Of a stretch of DNA of 64,000 nucleotides, positions 62,900 to 64,000 are shown piece after piece. This stretch comes from Chiloscyllium plagiosum. Lineage: Eukaryota. The stretch is from assembly GCF_004010195.1 (NCBI RefSeq), contig NC_057751.1:2577286-2641285 (forward strand). The letters run 5' to 3'. The first letter of the stretch is position 1. Each line of letters begins with the position of its first letter. The notes beneath the pieces were generated by a model, which saw only the letters and a list, made by a program, of their open reading frames with translations, made no database searches and was not told the DNA's origin. The translations under genes were made by a program, and so were the position numbers.

Positions 62900-63960
62900 C
62901 ATGGTCTGCTTTTGTATTGAAGCAGTAGTGAATGATGTTGAACAACTTACTTCTGACTTGATGATGGAGGCTGGATCATTGATGAAGCAGCTGAAGATGG
63001 TTGCGCCCAAGTCACTACCCTGTTGTTGTATTTGCCCTTACCCAGGCAAGTGGGGAATATTCCATCACACTCCTGACTTGGGTCTTCGAGATGGTGAATA
63101 GACTTCAGGGAGTTAGGACATGAGTCATGCACTGCAAGATTCATACCTTTTGAACTGCACTTACCCACCACCAGTCCAGAGGAAGGGTTACACTAAAATG
63201 TTGACATTGCAACTTCCTGTGCTCCTTGGTTTACTGAGTACTTCCAGCCTCCTGCTAGTCTAACATCGTATTTGTTTGGCTTGTTCAGTTCAGTTTCTGG
63301 TCAATGGTTAAAATCTTCCCTCTGCACCTCCAGGATGTTGATTGTGACAGATTCAGTGATGGTAACATCATTGAATGTTAAGGGGCAGTGGTTACATTAT
63401 CACTTAACTGGATATTGTCATTGCCAGACATTTGTATGGCGCAAATGTTACTTGCCACTTGTCAGGCCAAGTCTGGATGTTGACTAGGTCTTACTCCATT
63501 TTGATATGAATTGCTTCAACATCTGAGGAGTCAGGAATGGTGCTGAACATTATTCACTCATGAGCAAACATCCCCAATTCTGACCTTATGATGGAGGGAA
63601 GGCTAGTGATGAAGCAGCTGAAGGTGGTTGTGCCTGGGGAGCTATCCTGAGGAACCCCTGCAGTTATATCCTGGAGCTGAGATGACTGACCTCCAGCAAC
63701 CATAACATCTTGCGATGTGCCAGGTGTCACTCCAACCAGCAGAGCATGTTCCGCCCCTCCCCCACTCCCTATTCCCATTGAATCAGTTTTGCTCAGTGTC
63801 CTTGATACTACATTCAGACAAATGCAATTTTGATGTCATGGGCTGTGACTCTCATCTCGCCTCTGGAATTCAGCTCTTTCATCCATTTCTGAATGAAGGC
63901 TGGCATGAGGTCAGAGTGTGAAGATTAACATGCAGTATGTTGGGTGAGCTGGAATGAACT
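62900..63960 (-). mobile_element. Old CR1-like LINE RT fragments
   Basis: GGQSSQLQDITAGVPQDSSPG...LPSIIRSELGMFA. Confidence 0.75.
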
Positions 63961-64000
63961 GAAAATGTGTTGCTTGAAAAGCGCAGCAGGTCAGGCAGCA

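Overview
Vertebrate, almost certainly shark (elasmobranch), genomic DNA; the HE1 SINE and CR1/HER1 LINE repertoire supports this, and carpet/bamboo shark is only a guess. The window is intergenic or intronic and dominated by transposons. It holds many CR1 LINE fragments, HE1 and older tRNA-derived and Deu-domain SINEs, an old RTE LINE, a Rex1/Babar-like fragment, solo LTRs, a Mutator/foldback-like MITE and two families of Penelope-like elements (PLEs). I found no intact host protein-coding gene, and nearly all ORFs in the track are TE-derived or chance. The one recognisable host-gene sequence is a decayed C-terminal fragment of DNA polymerase lambda (POLL; 38668-39039, minus strand). The most striking pattern is about 20 PLE-derived minimal hammerhead-ribozyme motifs (CUGAUGA-A-stem II-GAAA-palindromic stem III-UH) in three covarying subfamilies. 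They occur as short TSD-flanked solo inserts, as back-to-back hairpins and as kb-scale foldback elements with asymmetric arms. One assembly gap lies at 8984-9092. Coordinates of old, degraded repeats are approximate, and family names come from my recognition of the sequence, not from a database search.
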